Positions 13,122 through 25,900 of a DNA stretch of 64,000 nt are shown here, piece after piece. The position numbers and the translations under genes are program-made. Origin of the DNA: Lingula anatina (Eukaryota > Animalia > Brachiopoda); NCBI GenBank assembly GCA_051362555.1, contig CM120642.1:1860001-1924000 (forward strand). The letters are read 5' to 3'. Below the pieces are notes generated by a model, which saw nothing but the letters and a program-made list of their open reading frames with translations, was not told the origin of the DNA and did no database searches. Within the stretch, counting starts at the first letter, position 1, and the number at the start of each line of letters is the position of its first letter.

Positions 13122-14361
13122 TAGAGTGTCGCCAACATTTTCATTTCACATTTATATTGACTATCAGTTTTATTTACAGGCATATTGCTAGTAGCAATTG
13201 GTAAACAATGCCTATGTGTAATGAATCGTTAGTAACCTGGTTCATAAAAACATTGTAATCTTATTAAAAAGTCAACTTTACAGCAATATGGTAAATGTAC
13301 TTGTTACAGTGCATGTATTTTGCCTATTCATTTGGGCTATCTCACAGTGGGAAATGTGCCTTTTGATTGAAGAAAGAAAAGCATCAGTTGCTTGTCACAT
13401 TAATTTAAAGATCTCTGGATCAGTTTTCTTTTTTTTTTTCTCAATAAACAGACAGTGAAATTATTATGATTATAGCTTATCCATTTTTATTTGTTCATCT
13501 TCAGAATTCATTCTTACAAAAAATGCACAATTATACATTGGTAACTTTGAAGGACTTCCAGCCAATAGTAAATTCAATTTTCAAATATGGGAGTTTGAAA
13601 TGACAAAAAGTTACGACTGACCAGACTTTATTTCAAGATGGTAAAATTATACATTTTCCTCCCAAATGAAGTTCTGAAGGCCAAATAACTAGTACCATGA
13701 TATGTTTGTAAATGAATATCACCTTTATTCTATAATTTAGAATTATAAAATCATCAAAATCCTGGGTCCATTTAACAAAATATCCTGAGCTACTGTTAGG
13801 GTTAACAGTACTTAACTTTAAACTGTGCATATTTATTGGGTGATGGCATTTTACAAACAGCAGGTCCACAGTAACTTGTAGTCAAGTTCTTAATTAAGCT
13901 ACTGTTACCATGAAACGTACAAAGCTTTATCAAGACAATTGCAACTTACCCCAAAATCTTGGGTAAAGAATCCATTAAATGAAGAGGCCTTTAGGTTCTT
14001 TGTAAAATTTTACTTATAAGGCCCACAATCCCAACCCCACTGCAGACATGACCAGGACAGACTTTCAATGGAAAGAGGTTTTGGAAAACAGTCCCTCAAG
14101 TTCTTCAACTGGAGATATTGTGGTCCAGTTCCACAAATCGCCCTTTATATTTATTTTCTTCACATAAAATAACTTCAAAATGTTGACAATTTTTTGTTTG
14201 TAATGGAAATAGTTTTATATTTATAATGTCACAATGAAATTGTCTCTACTGTGGCAATATACTGTAGCCTTCTATTCCCTAAAAAACCTGTAAAAAATGG
14301 TGTTCTAGGAAGTCTGGCACACTGCCTTTTTGTGAAGGGAGGCCGATTAAAAATGACTTTT

Positions 14362-16805
14362 TTAGAAACCAGGTATTATCCTGCCTCTCTTCTTTGCACT
14401 CTTAATCTTTTTGTCTATCTTAGCTTGTTTTTTAGCTTTAATGTTTTTCTGTCGTTTCTTTTGCCTTTCCTCCATTTTATCCTTCAACTTTTCTTCTCTT
14501 TCGGTCCAGTGTTTTTTAGCAATCTGTTTCTTTTTGTCTTTCCTCTTTGCTGCCTTCTTTAACATTTCTGGGTTGTCCTTAACTTTTATTCCTTCTGCTC
14601 TTTGTAAAGCAGACGTCCATGTTATTTTTTCCTGAACCTGTTTGGCCTTTTCTTTATCTGACACTTTTAACCTGTCAACATGTTCCTTTTGTTTCTCAAC
14701 CTTTTGCAATAACTTTTTGTAGTCTTTTCCAGCAAACTTGTTACTTTTTTTACTCTCTTTACTCGTGCTTTCTGTAAAGTCAAACCTACTAAAAACCATC
14801 TTGCCTTCTTTATTAAAAACTGGTTTGGCAGCTTTAGTGTTTTTGTTGGGACCTGCAGGCAGTGCCCCATTATACACTGCATCCACACTCCCATTGCCAG
14901 TTACACCTTTTTTCTTGTTCTGCTTTTCGGTTTTCTTTCTTATCTTTAACTTGAGCTTGCTCTCCTTTCTCTTCAGTCTTTTCTTCTCTTGGATCTCATC
15001 TACAGTCATGTTTTTCTGTCTTTTGTCTGTGAAAAGAGAATTACTTAATTTACCCATCAGAAATGGCAATAAAACTTTCTGCGACACAAAATTCTACATT
15101 TACAACAAGATTTTAAAAAATAAAACTCAAATAGATACATGGACTTTATTCATACACTAAACAAAATTTGTGTTTTTTATTGTACTGTGATCATGATGTT
15201 GCCATGTACAGCCTAGGTCTCATTCCTAGTACAACTTGAACAAAAAATGAACAATATCAGTAGACATAGACCACATGCTAAACCTTAGAGCTCAAAATCT
15301 TGTGTTAAAAACAGGCCATCTTGCCATCCTGTGATGTTAGACACTTTCCCAGATAAATTTATTCTGAATGTGCTTTAAGGAGTGTTCAATCTAACTCATT
15401 TGGGGATTCTCGCTAACTTTAATTCCGTTTAAGCAGCTTAAATGTCTGGCGCGCCCCCTTGTAACTTAAAGTGCTTGGGCAAAGTTGGGAAAACTTGGTG
15501 GTCCATTGTGTTGCTCATGATTTTGTTGCAAGAGGGTGTGTTGGACAACTGAGCTGATTACATTGACTGCGCCAAAGTAAGAATCCCTGCTGAGATAGTT
15601 TAATCCTGCTAGTACGATATAGTTATGAGAACTCTGGCTTAATTGACAATCTGACTCACTTTTTAACTCTTCAATTCTGCTCTTCAGTTTTTCACGTAGT
15701 TCTTCCAAATTGCTGACAGAGCTCTTCAGGTTGGGATCTTTAGATATTGAATCTTGCCTCTTCCGCCTTTTACTCTTCTGTTTGTTCTTGATTTTTGTGT
15801 CTATAATAAAGCAATATAACCTTTAAATTACTGTACACCAACAAATTACTGTACAAAGGTAATTTATATAATTCATGCAACATAAATTAACTAAGTTATT
15901 TGTATGAATCATTTTAAAAGACTGAACTGGAAAATTCACCAGAGAGAATCATAAACAACACTGCAAAATTGAAAAATACATTGTATATGCTACTTCCTGT
16001 TACCTTTACTGCCAACCAGGTGGCAACATTTAAATTTTCTACACTTACAATTTCCATCTTCCAATCTGTCTGAAGTTTTAGATTTCAGCTTCTTTTTCTT
16101 TTCCTCATCCTTTTTATTTTCTTCTATTTCCTCCTCACTTTCCTCTTCATCATCTTTTGTTGGCTCTTGTATTTGCGTGACAGGCAAGTTCTGTTGAGGA
16201 TCAAATTTTGCTCTCTTTAGAAGAGCTTTTTCAGTTAAATCTCTATTGTCCCTTTTTAAATTCTGCTTTGAGCCTGCAAAATAATGAAATATCTTTCTTC
16301 ATTTTCAAAGTTGTTCACAAAGTATAATTCTTATTACTGACACTCAAAAACATGAACTTTGTAATCTATAATGGGGAGATTTTGAATTGCTATTCCATTT
16401 TCTTTCTCAATATAAATACCATGCAATAAGCAAGAAGCCATGATCAGGATTATTCTATTTGCTTTATGCTTTTTCCAGACATATATATTGTGTTATACAA
16501 TTAAAAATAGTTGAAAAATAGTGAAATATGTTATTCAACTAAACAATAAAACAATTTCAAACAGCTGGAGAACTGAATCCAGGGAATTTTATTATGTAAG
16601 GAATTTAATGTAGCAGTTTTCCTTCAAAAGATTTATATACAGTACCTTGAATTAATCCTTGAATTTGTTTTTTCTTTTCATGGATCAACTTTGCTTTAGT
16701 GTTTTTGTCAAAATAGACACTGGGAGGAATAAGATCCAACATATGCTTGATGAATTCATTGTCCTTCTCCACCTGGTCAACAAGTGCTTGGTCCTGCTCC
16801 TCCAT
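14362..16805 (-). CDS. SURF6: Surfeit locus protein 6 (nucleolar, Rrp14 family), about 396 aa
   Basis: Exons 16805-16646, 16273-16049, 15800-15660, 15026-14362, frame-consistent. N-terminal LDLIPPSVYF and a Lys-rich C-terminus with FSRFDF, ALQRAEGIKVKDNPEMLKKA and KKRGRIIPGF. Confidence 0.92.
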
Positions 16806-17129
16806 GTTTGCTAGTTAACAAACAATGGTTTTAATTGTAAACACAATGAGCTGGTGACAGTGATGACATCGTAAAACCTACAAAGAAAATCAAAAGATAA
16901 AACAGATTAAGAAAAATAACAGTAATTGCAACAATCTGTTACCAAGTTACAGTGATTTTAATGACAATTGATTGATGTTACCAACCAATTCACCATCAAA
17001 AAGCGCACCTATATGTTCCTGTTTTAATAACTTTTAAAATTTAGACGAGGTAAGAAATGAAGATACATGTAAGCAGTGCATCAAAAACCATACTGGAGTG
17101 GAGACGAAAGGAGACGAGTTTGTAATGTG

Positions 17130-17711
17130 TTGCTTACTTTCCATAGTCTGGCTTGGCTTATCCTCACATATATTTCAGTATTAATCCCTCTTATTTTTCA
17201 AAGTTATAAGCCCACGTTTATGAATTCAGTGGCCTCTCAATTCATCAAATAATAACCAAGAAACACGAGCTGGTCTTCATACACGTGCTAAAACTTGCGC
17301 ACACCGGAAGTGTTTTACAGGAAGTCTACCTCTAGTAAAGTTACGCACTTTTTTATTGTTTAGTTACTAAAACTTGTTTAAATGACTATGTAATGGTTTC
17401 ACAAGCAAAAACAGACAATTATATTCATATTTCATGAAACATTGATAATATATGGAGTTTTGCTGCGTTTACAGCTAGCAAACCTAAAATATTGATTAAA
17501 TTTATATTTAAAAACTAATCTCATGCCTAATACCAACGTCAGTTTAAAACCCATGTGTTCTATTTCCAGAACCTTCAGAGAAATTTTACGTGCTTTGTTT
17601 TTATTTAGAAAAGTCGTTTGACCACTTGGGTGTCAAATATTTGTTCACATACAACTCTGTTCTGTACTTTGGTTACAGTGGTTTGTATCCATTTGGTCCT
17701 AGCAAGCTAAA
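17130..17711. promoter_or_regulatory. Divergent promoter region SURF6/CACYBP
   Basis: Head-to-head arrangement, ETS-type CCGGAAGT at 17304-17311, local CpG enrichment. Confidence 0.5.
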
Positions 17712-20296
17712 ATGACAGCTGCCGAGGTATGTACTACAAATTACAAATCGGTGCATTGGCCAGGCCTCGGCTGCCTCTGTTGACTGGCAAAACATAATGG
17801 AAGGCAAACTTTGTGGCTTTGCGCTGACACGTGATTTGAAGTAATAGCATACGTGGTATTGCAATTTTGGCATCACCTCTAGTAATTGTAATCTGCAGTT
17901 GTTAGTTCGGTCTAGTTTTTTTCTTTGTTTCAATCTGCATTATTTACTTTCACTTTAGGTGAGTTACACCCACCTAAACCCACCTCTTTTCATCAACTGT
18001 ATTAAGTAGATTTTTTTGGGGAGCCTAAGCAATTTAATTTCGTATATTATATAAATGATATGAATTTACATTAATAGCAAAATTATTTGGCCTTTCTTTG
18101 GTGTGCAACTCATGAAGATTAGAGATTTTATAAAAGGGAGCTTCACAACTTAGTAAATCATTCCTGCATTTTACTAATAGTATAAAAATGCCAATAAGAG
18201 TGCATCTGACTGATGATTTGTACCCCCTCACAGTTTTCACTGTCATAAACCACGTTGGTATTGTAACGTCAGTCTTTTATCAGATAAAGAACATTTACAC
18301 TTTGTACCAGTAACCAACAGCTAGTATAAGTCACAATTTACCTAAAACGGGTTCTGTTAGTAGTTATACTTTGTAATCTTTTCCCAGCTTCAGGTAGACA
18401 TAGATGAACTTCTCCAATTACAAAACCATGCTACAAGACAAAGAGTGAAAGACATTTTAGCAACAAGCATAAAAAGTTTAGAAACGGAAAGAGACAGAGT
18501 ATTGCAGAGCCAAGCGTCACAGGCAAATGGAGCCCAGAGTTTAGGAGTGAAGCTGGGAAGTGTGCCAGTGCTAAAGACAAGATGTACTGTAGATATCACT
18601 ACATATGGTAGGAGAAAAGAAGATAGATTCACTGTAGAAATGCCATATGGCTGCAAGTTGTAAGCTTAAGGGAATTAATGAGTTAAACAGTCTGTTATGA
18701 ATTGTCACATTTCTCTGTCTTTGTAAAGTATAACTACAGCTGTAATTTAGTTTTGAGTAAAAAGTTGTTGCATGAGTATACATAATTTGGTGGATTAATA
18801 GCTAGATATATAGAGAACAAATGATGGAAGCTGCTTCATGGTGCAGACAGTATTGTCACTGGTAGCAGTATTTTCCCCAATGACATTTCCTCATTTCATC
18901 TTATTCAGTTTGAATAATTTTGTTCAAAAATTCAAGGCTGCTGTCATTTAAGAAGTAGTCCCAGCTCTTTTAGTGATACATTGTAGAATAATGATTTTGT
19001 GTGAAAACTTTCTTTCCATAGGCTGGGACCAGTCTGATAAGTTTATGAAGATTTATGTCACATCAAATGGTGTCCAGAAAAACCCAGCAGAAAATGTGAC
19101 ATCATCCTTTACAGAGAGGTAATTTGTGTTTTGTAGTCAAATTGCTGTCAGTTTTTTTTTTTTTGCACAAGTGGACTGTCTGCATTTATATTATTGTACT
19201 AGTGCATTTTAAATTGAATTTGCATCATACTACATTTCTGTGATGAACTAGTCATCATGAGGGCTATTTGCTATGACTTTATATCTGTGCAACTAATACA
19301 CATTTATTTATCATTTCAGGTCTATGAAAATAAGAATACAAGACTTGGAAGGCAAGGACTACCTTCTGGATATCCGACACTTGTTTGATGACATAATTCC
19401 TTCAGAGAGTTATCATAAAGTAAGAACTTGAGTGCTTGTCATAGGCCTTTGTATTATGGGCTGTATAACACAGGTCACTTGTAACTTCATTTGACACATT
19501 TATTTGGTGATTGTCATATCTTAACTATATTATTATAATTATTATTATTTTTGATTTTGCTGAAAGTTCTATGCATCATGTCATGAAGCTGTTTTCTACG
19601 TTGTCGTAGGTGAAGACAGACATGGTTTTGGTAATGCTGAAGAAGAAAGAACAAAAGAAAACATGGGCTTATGTCACCGAGACAGAAAACAAGATCAAGG
19701 AGAAGAAAAAGTGAGTAAAATTTTTTCATTAACATCAAAGGCTCAATTTTGATTTTGTCTTACTAGAAGCAATATTGCTACTAATTTAAAAGGTATATAC
19801 CCTGATTGAAAATGTCCCATTGAAAGTCATTTTTCTGTTTTGATTTCCTGCAAAGCTACTTATCTTTCACAATTCAAAAATTAAAAACAATAAAAACCCT
19901 GTCAAATGTGCCTGATGTAAACTGTTTGTATTAGGATTTTTTAAATTTAAATTTTGTTTTTATTGACATAATTACCAATAATAACCATTGAAAATGTTTT
20001 GAAAGTAATTGTCATATTGGTTAGCCACAATTGCTGTATAAACACAAACTGCATCCTATTTTTATTTTCCCAATTATCTTGATGCAGCTTACAGTTAGAA
20101 ACTATGTGAGCATAGGATATTTTAAAACCTTGAATTCATGTTTTATCTCAGGCCAAAACTAGATGATAAGGATCCTGGCGAGGGTCTGATGCAGATGATG
20201 AAGCAGATGTACGAGGACGGGGATGATGAGATGAAGCGGACAATAGCCAAGGCATGGACAGAATCACAAACCAAACAGAGTGCAATGAACATGTGA
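17712..20296 (+). CDS. CACYBP: Calcyclin-binding protein / Siah-interacting protein, about 225 aa
   Basis: Exons 17712-17726 (MTAAE), 18388-18607, 19022-19118, 19320-19419, 19610-19710, 20152-20296. CS-domain [14 protein letters not shown] and SGS-domain [29 protein letters not shown]. Confidence 0.93.
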
Positions 20297-21877
20297 TTGG
20301 GAGGAAGGGAAAAAAGTTGCATATTTGAGTTGTTCATTGTTTGCCTGTGCCATTTGATGTACAAGAAATTCTTGATCCTAAAGATTCCTCTTTTTTTCGG
20401 GGGGGGGGGGGGGGGGGGCAGTTTTAAGATAAATGCATACCTAGACAGGAACTTTCATTTGCTGTTGCCATGGAAGTTGCAAATTTGAGTTGTTCATCAT
20501 TTGCCTTCGACTTTCTTTTTTTTTCTGTTGAAAGGGGGGAAGGGGGGGGGGGGCAGTTTTGTGATTAATGCGCATCTTGATAGGAACTTTCATTTGATGT
20601 TGCAGTTGAAGGATTATTGTAAGTTACTTATGAAAAATATGATAAAGAATAAAAAGAACAAATAGCACCTTTCAGTCATAGCATTTATTCTAAAACAAAG
20701 TATGACTTTTGTAATAGTTCCAAAAAGCAGGTAGATAGCATCACAGCACCAATAAAAGACAACCCTAAGTAAAGGTATTACTACAGTTTAATGTGACACC
20801 TAAGACTCGTGTTAACAAAGCTAGTCACTCTGAATGATGAAAAATCTCTAAGATATTGTAAAATTTTGTAAAATAATTTGTGACATTGTGCTTGATGCAC
20901 ATTCAAGACCCTTCTGCAGAAAAAGTTTGATTTTAATAAGAGGGTAATGTTCTGAAACTGCAATGTAGTAATCTGTTGTGGATACTTTATCATATATATA
21001 TTAAACAAGAAGATTCCAACTAGAAAACAATTTCTAATATGAATGTATTGATCGTTCTTTCAAAAAAGAAAGTTATATTTATTTTCAAATATCTTGATTC
21101 TGAGCATAAATATATTCATCAGCATGGTTTAGATGTGATTCAAAGATTGTTAAGCTAACACATAAGATTCATAATTGTTTTGAGTACAAGTAACTGTCTC
21201 AATTCTGGTCTTGTTTTGTACAGACTCAGAAAAAAAAAAAAAACACGAAAAGAAAGTCACACGCTTCTTTCATTCTTCTTTTATGAAAATTAAACCCGAC
21301 AATTAAACTTATAACTGATGACATGAAATGAATGAGGAGAGTTGAGAAATCGTCTCATTCTTCAAAATGAGGCTAATTTCTGGAATTATTGCAATTTTTT
21401 GGTTGGTCCAGCATTGGAACTTCTTAAATATCCCACATTTGTAATTCTATAAACTTAAAAAAAAGCATATCAAAATAAAGCAAATGACTTCAGAACAACA
21501 AGTTTTTTTGACATGTTGATATACATGGTTGCCAGTATGACCGTGCTGTACAGTGGTTTTCAGAAGAAAAAAAAAATCTGACAACCTGATGACCAGTGAA
21601 GTGCTAACAGTTGTACTCTAGCACTCTTATTTACACTTTCCTGTCACAAGACCTGGACATAACAGAACTCACTGCAGAAATGGCCTCGGTTTTCAAAATG
21701 TCAGTAGAAGATACGATCTTCAACCAGAATTTACACTGCTTTGCTGCATCACAGGTCGTGAAAATGAAAATAGGAATACTAAAGGACGTATTCATTCTAC
21801 CATTACTGTTAAAATACAAATCAGACTCCAAGGGAGTATTGAAGACATACCATTTTGTGGATGAACATGGGTAAGCC

Positions 21878-21948
21878 TGCAAGGATGAGAACTAGAAACT
21901 GCTCAAACCTTAGTAAGGTTTGAGCAGTTTCTAGTTCTCATCCTTGCA
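21878..21948. repeat. Perfect 35-bp inverted repeat with 1-nt spacer
   Basis: TGCAAGGATGAGAACTAGAAACTGCTCAAACCTTA-G-TAAGGTTTGAGCAGTTTCTAGTTCTCATCCTTGCA. Confidence 0.95.
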
Positions 21949-22941
21949 AGACAAGTCTTTTACTTTTCAATACTCTCAATAAAGCAGAGCTTCAATAATT
22001 ATGGTCTATTAACTCCAGGAAATGTATTGCCATTAATACCCAGTACTTCAACCAGAAGTACTTCTGCATACAAACAGACATGTATGTACAAAGAATGCAA
22101 ATGAAAATTTAACAGACATATAAAAAGGTTAAGTGATTAGATCTATTAAACCATGTGCTATGTCTGGCAATCAAATGGCCACAGCATATTCACCATAAAA
22201 TAGTATCAAAATTCCCATGAAGTAGATACCACTGCATAAAGTCATTTCTTGAATTTGTATCATGATTTTCATAATGATCAACTTTTCACAGTTCAAACTT
22301 TTCACAGCTGTCTGATATCTAAGCACCAAAATCCACCAAGCCAGGACATTTCTTCTAAACCTTAACTTGTGTACATAAATAAGCAGTCTGATTTGAGAAC
22401 AGTTAAAAAGAAACATATAAATAACAATAAAACAATTCAGCCTTCATTATAGAGATTTTTTTAACTCATACCAGTGCATGTTCATATTCACCAATCGCAA
22501 ATAAATTGAATGAAACAAATCACCATTCACTGTTATGTTTTAAAATATAAATTTCATTTTTTTTTGTTCTTTTTCCTTTCTTTTTCTTTCCTTTTTTCTA
22601 GCTAGTAGGTCAAGACATACGTTGGGAAGCTCATGCAAATTTTTTATTGCTGAAACATGAGGAAAGGGATCAGGCAAGGTCATCAAAATTATGCACAGAT
22701 TAATCTTGGTCTTTTTTTCATCACAATCTCAGATTTGCCATTTCAAATGCAGTAAACCTGTCATTCTGACATAAATATAAGAAGCAACTTGAATACACCA
22801 AACAGACCAAACAATGAGGTTGTCAGGTCTAAATATAGGGTAATATACCCACAATAGTGAACTTGAAGCAAACTCCCATACTTCCAGCACAAGAAGAACT
22901 GTTCCTCAAAGCCTGATCTCTGCAACCAAGCCTCGTTTTCA

Positions 22942-25900
22942 TCAGGGATCTTCTTGCATTGCTGGCTGGAAATCCGGGTTAAAATCCAGCACAAACTGGT
23001 GGATCTTCTCTGGTGTATCTGGGGCAAAGCCCACCACATCCAGCATCCTGGCATCATTGGGATCAGCTATAGTGAACCCCTGGCTGTTCATTGCACAAAC
23101 CACCAACCTACGCAAAATGTCATGCAGGCATTAACTTTTAGGCTTTTGAAACTCCGAGCAAAAATCCTATGTAGAATTAAATTAATCAGCCGTTTCTTAT
23201 GAATAAATCATATACTCCTCAAACTATTTAGCACTAACTTTGTGATTACCCAAGCACTTCAAAAGCAATATAAATGCCAGACTTAGAGCAGAATATCTAT
23301 GAATATTCCCATATGACACTACAAAAGTGTGCAAACATTTTTTTATGTAAATGTGCTGCTTATTTATATGTGTAACAATGTAGGTAGATTTTTGAAGTCC
23401 ATGACTCAAAAGTATACCTTATGCGGGAAGGTGTATAAAGAATCTGAATCAGTTAATATTTTCAATCACTCACCTTGCTTCCTCTCCCCCTTTGACTTCA
23501 GCCCTGTACTCTGCCAGTGCATCTTTGGGTTGGACGTCAGTGGGGAGGGTCTCGCTGTCAGTGAACACCATGAAGACATCGTATGGTTTCTGGTGTTTCT
23601 TGGCCCAGAGCATGGGTAGAGCACAGTCAGTTTTACCCTGAAAGAATTCACCGTTTCTACTACCAAATATACTCCTCCATGTCACTGTTTTCTCTACAAA
23701 TACTACATGATCATGTAATACTACTTTTGTCATCATGTTCTAATTTATATGATTTACATCGACTTCAATTTGTCTTACTTAGGAACACCTCTTGCTTGTG
23801 AACATTTGGTACAAATTGCATTCATCTCATGAAGTATATATTCTACACATACCATATGAATACTAAGGTGAGGAAACACTTTGAAAGGAAACTAAATTTC
23901 ATTCCTTCTATTTTAGTGGTGGCAATATCTCCCTTTCTTTGAGGAGGGGGGGGGGGGGCAAAATAATCAGAGCTATCAGAACAGAATGCACTGTAGCGAA
24001 TATAACATCTGCCAAAAATTGGCCATTATTTTTTACCATTAATTATACTCACCTCCTGGACTTTCAGATTCAACATTAAATCTTCCCATGAGCTGTCGCT
24101 TCTCAGCTCTACAGGACTCAAGCCATCTGGGTGGTTCTTTGCGAAAGCTACAAATTCGAACTTCTCTTCTGATCTAGCAATCACCATAGCCATGGCAGCC
24201 GCTGCCTCAATGGCGCAGAGTTCTTTGGTTCCGTTGACGCGTCCACGGTGCATTGTCTGGCTGACATCTACTGCCATGAGGTAGCTCTTCTTGGTTGGTT
24301 TAAGACACTAAAATATGAGTCATGTTTGGGGCATTGAATGTGAAAATGATGATAAAACCATAAAGTTGCCCCCTTCAATTTTGCTGAATGAGTATATTCA
24401 ATACTAGATACTAGAACAATCATTTTATTCTTTAAAAGAAGTAACCATGTGTCTTATAGTTAATACTATCAATTTTATGTCACAATTTTACTGAATTCAT
24501 TCAAAAAAGGAATCTCTTTTCAGCTTCAGTAGTCCATATTTCAAAGATGAAGCTTATCTGAATCAAAATGACAAAGCCTAAGAAATGTACGAGCATCTAA
24601 GAAAAAAAAAAACTTGAAAAAAAAAATGATGAAATGTTTAAGCATCCAAAGTTTGAAGAGAAAAACACAGCCTATCAGTAGATTCCAGATTTTAGCTTAC
24701 CTTAAATGAGGTGTAAAAAGCCTCATCCAAAGCTTTGACAATATCACTATTTGGAGTCCACTCTTTGCCTTGTTTTTCTTTAGGTTTTCCCTTGCCCTTC
24801 CCAGTGAATGGCCGGGCTGGTTTGCCTGATGTCTTACCCTTGTTATATGCCTTCTGAGTCACCAGCAGGTTAAATGGATGGATTCTAGAGGAAAAACAAT
24901 AACAAATTAAAAAAAAAATGCAATTTAAGTACTCGGTAAGCCAAAAAGGTAAATTTAAGAGAAGTAATTTAAACTAGAAAATATGTACAATTACTAGTAT
25001 GAATGTCATAAAGAATAGTAAACATTCAGGATTTGATTTAGAAATACACATTTCTCGTGTATTGAACATTGGTTACATAAGCCTGCCTTACAATCACAGA
25101 GAACTTTTCGATAGTTTTAATCACATTTTATGTAAGGAATAGCAGAGAGTTTCAAACTAAACAGTTTTGTATTCATCCAAGTGTCATCCAATAAATCAGT
25201 GGAATATTTTTCACACTTCTAAATCATTACTGATAAAATAATAATGCCATAGATATACTAGTAAGAGGATAGAAATAAAATTTTTTGAAATTGCTGGACA
25301 TTTCCATAATAGTAAACACCAGCAAGGATGTAATTGGATAATTAAAAAAAAAATGTCTAATATCAGGAAATCCCCACAATACAATCACATTACAATCACA
25401 TCTCTAATGACAAGTTGATTTTCATTTAACTTAAAGCACTCTCCTAAAGTCATGTCATCCACGAACGCGTTCCACGCACCATTGCACAGGCTTCGCCTCA
25501 CCAATTATCTGCTCTATTTCTCATAAAGCTCAGCGCCTCGTACTTTATCTATACCTTTTCTGGCAGTTAACTCTAGACCTAAGCTGGTATAAGGATTACT
25601 GAACCTACCTTGCTTCTCTTAACTTGCTCTCATTTCTGAGTCTCTCAATGACCACTGTGCTCCCTGTACTGCCAGGCTGCAGCAGTCCCAGGGCAGCCAG
25701 TCTAAATAAGTTCCGCAGCATGGCCGTGGTAGGCATCTTAGGGAGTAACGCCTGCCATACCTGATCAATGATACAGATTGGAATCCTGGGCATTAGGACA
25801 TATTGTAAAAGGTACATTCTAATGAGGAATACTTGGTGTATTCACTATTGATAAAATAGAATGGGTCTGTAGGAGTCCTATCATGGGACTTAATTTTCTT

